A DNA stretch of 16,180 nt from a plasmid, in sequence record NZ_CP083999.1. One strand, given 5' to 3'. Below are positions 15,679 to 16,180 of this stretch, piece by piece. Below the pieces are notes generated by a model. That model did not search any database, had not been told where the DNA came from, and worked only from the letters and a program-made list of their open reading frames with translations. Positions within the stretch are counted from its first letter, which is position 1; every line of letters starts with the position of its first letter. A program made the translations under genes and the position numbers.

Positions 15679-16180
15679 ATGACGCCCAAGTCTGCCCCAA
15701 ATCCTCGTGATCACAGCCTCGGCGGGTGTGAGCAGGCGAAAAAGCCCGGCTGCATCTGCGGGTGCCACGGAGCGTCGCATCAGTCCACGGTGCTGCGTGA
15801 AGCTGTCCGCACCGAGAACGATGTACCCGATCGGGACAGAACAGAACCGCTGACCAAGGCCGAATTCGATGATCTCCTCACCAGGGTGTTCGGACAACGA
15901 TTCACCTCACTCGACGCTCCGACAGATGGCCAGATTTCCCGCCGCACATGGAATCCTGACGCGCAAACCGGCGGCCAGCGCAGCCAACGCGAACAGCGCA
16001 TCGTCGATGTCACACTGCGCGACGTCCTGGCAATCACTTTTGACCTACCCGATGAGGCCAAACAATCATGGCTGACCATCCTGGACGCGCTCACTCTCAA
16101 AACCGGATGGGACAAGTTCGCCGCGCAGCTCGATAACCTCGGGCTCGAAACCACCCCCCAGAGCGGATACTTCTGGTCCG
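15679..16180 (+). CDS. Partial CDS, 3' end outside the window. Protein with a Cys/His-rich N-terminal cluster (C-x7-C-x-C-x-CH-x3-H).
   Basis: ATG at 15679, 3 nt after the recombinase stop, with a ggaagg motif upstream. The frame is open to the window end (at least 167 codons) with good GC3 bias. It is absent from the ORF track only because it lacks a stop in the window. Confidence 0.5.
   Translation, partial: MTPKSAPNPRDHSLGGCEQAKKPGCICGCHGASHQSTVLREAVRTENDVPDRDRTEPLTKAEFDDLLTRVFGQRFTSLDAPTDGQISRRTWNPDAQTGGQRSQREQRIVDVTLRDVLAITFDLPDEAKQSWLTILDALTLKTGWDKFAAQLDNLGLETTPQSGYFWS

Noticed and set aside
1-16180. CRISPR arrays, tRNA/rRNA genes, integron attC sites.
   Set aside because: No regularly spaced short direct repeats with unique spacers, no cloverleaf-like tRNA candidates noticed, and no attC-like imperfect palindromes next to an integrase. 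The only iterated motifs are the partition-site ACATG repeats and the TGTCTC res-like repeats.

Overview
This is a high-GC window of actinobacterial type; the codon usage and the protein families look Mycobacterium-like, and the organisation looks like a plasmid or other accessory backbone rather than core chromosome. No rRNA, tRNA or CRISPR array was found.

From the left, the window holds:
- a partial ORF (3..644) encoding a protein with a lysine-run tail;
- a 177-aa hypothetical protein whose N-terminus reads IYIDETKERG;
- a type Ib-like partition locus: an AT-rich palindromic/iterated site at about 1481..1540, a ParA Walker ATPase at 1550..2368, and a small overlapping partner gene at 2365..2766;
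- several small ribbon-helix-helix (RHH)-like DNA-binding proteins and hypothetical proteins between 2900 and 4435;
- a 430-aa HTH protein at 4570..5862 that could be a Rep-like initiator;
- an intact IS256-family insertion sequence at about 5896..7300 with about 35-bp imperfect inverted repeats, abutting the 5' remnant (outer inverted repeat plus the first 31 codons of a transposase) of a second, related IS256-family element in opposite orientation;
- a minus-strand operon of three translationally coupled genes (11694..8022): a proline-rich single-pass membrane protein, a 771-aa EspK-like mosaic protein, and a 230-aa unknown protein. The EspK-like protein has a WXG-like N-terminus, a long Pro/Ala/Gly low-complexity linker, and a C-terminal domain resembling the C-terminal domain of the ESX-1-associated protein EspK;
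- a Tn552/Tn5053-like transposition module: serine recombinase, TniA-like DDE transposase, TniB-like AAA+ ATPase, a candidate res site with TGTCTC half-site repeats, a second serine recombinase, and a Cys-rich ORF that runs off the window end.

The most interesting items are the orphan EspK-like operon and the two-recombinase, TniQ-less Tni module with its candidate res site.
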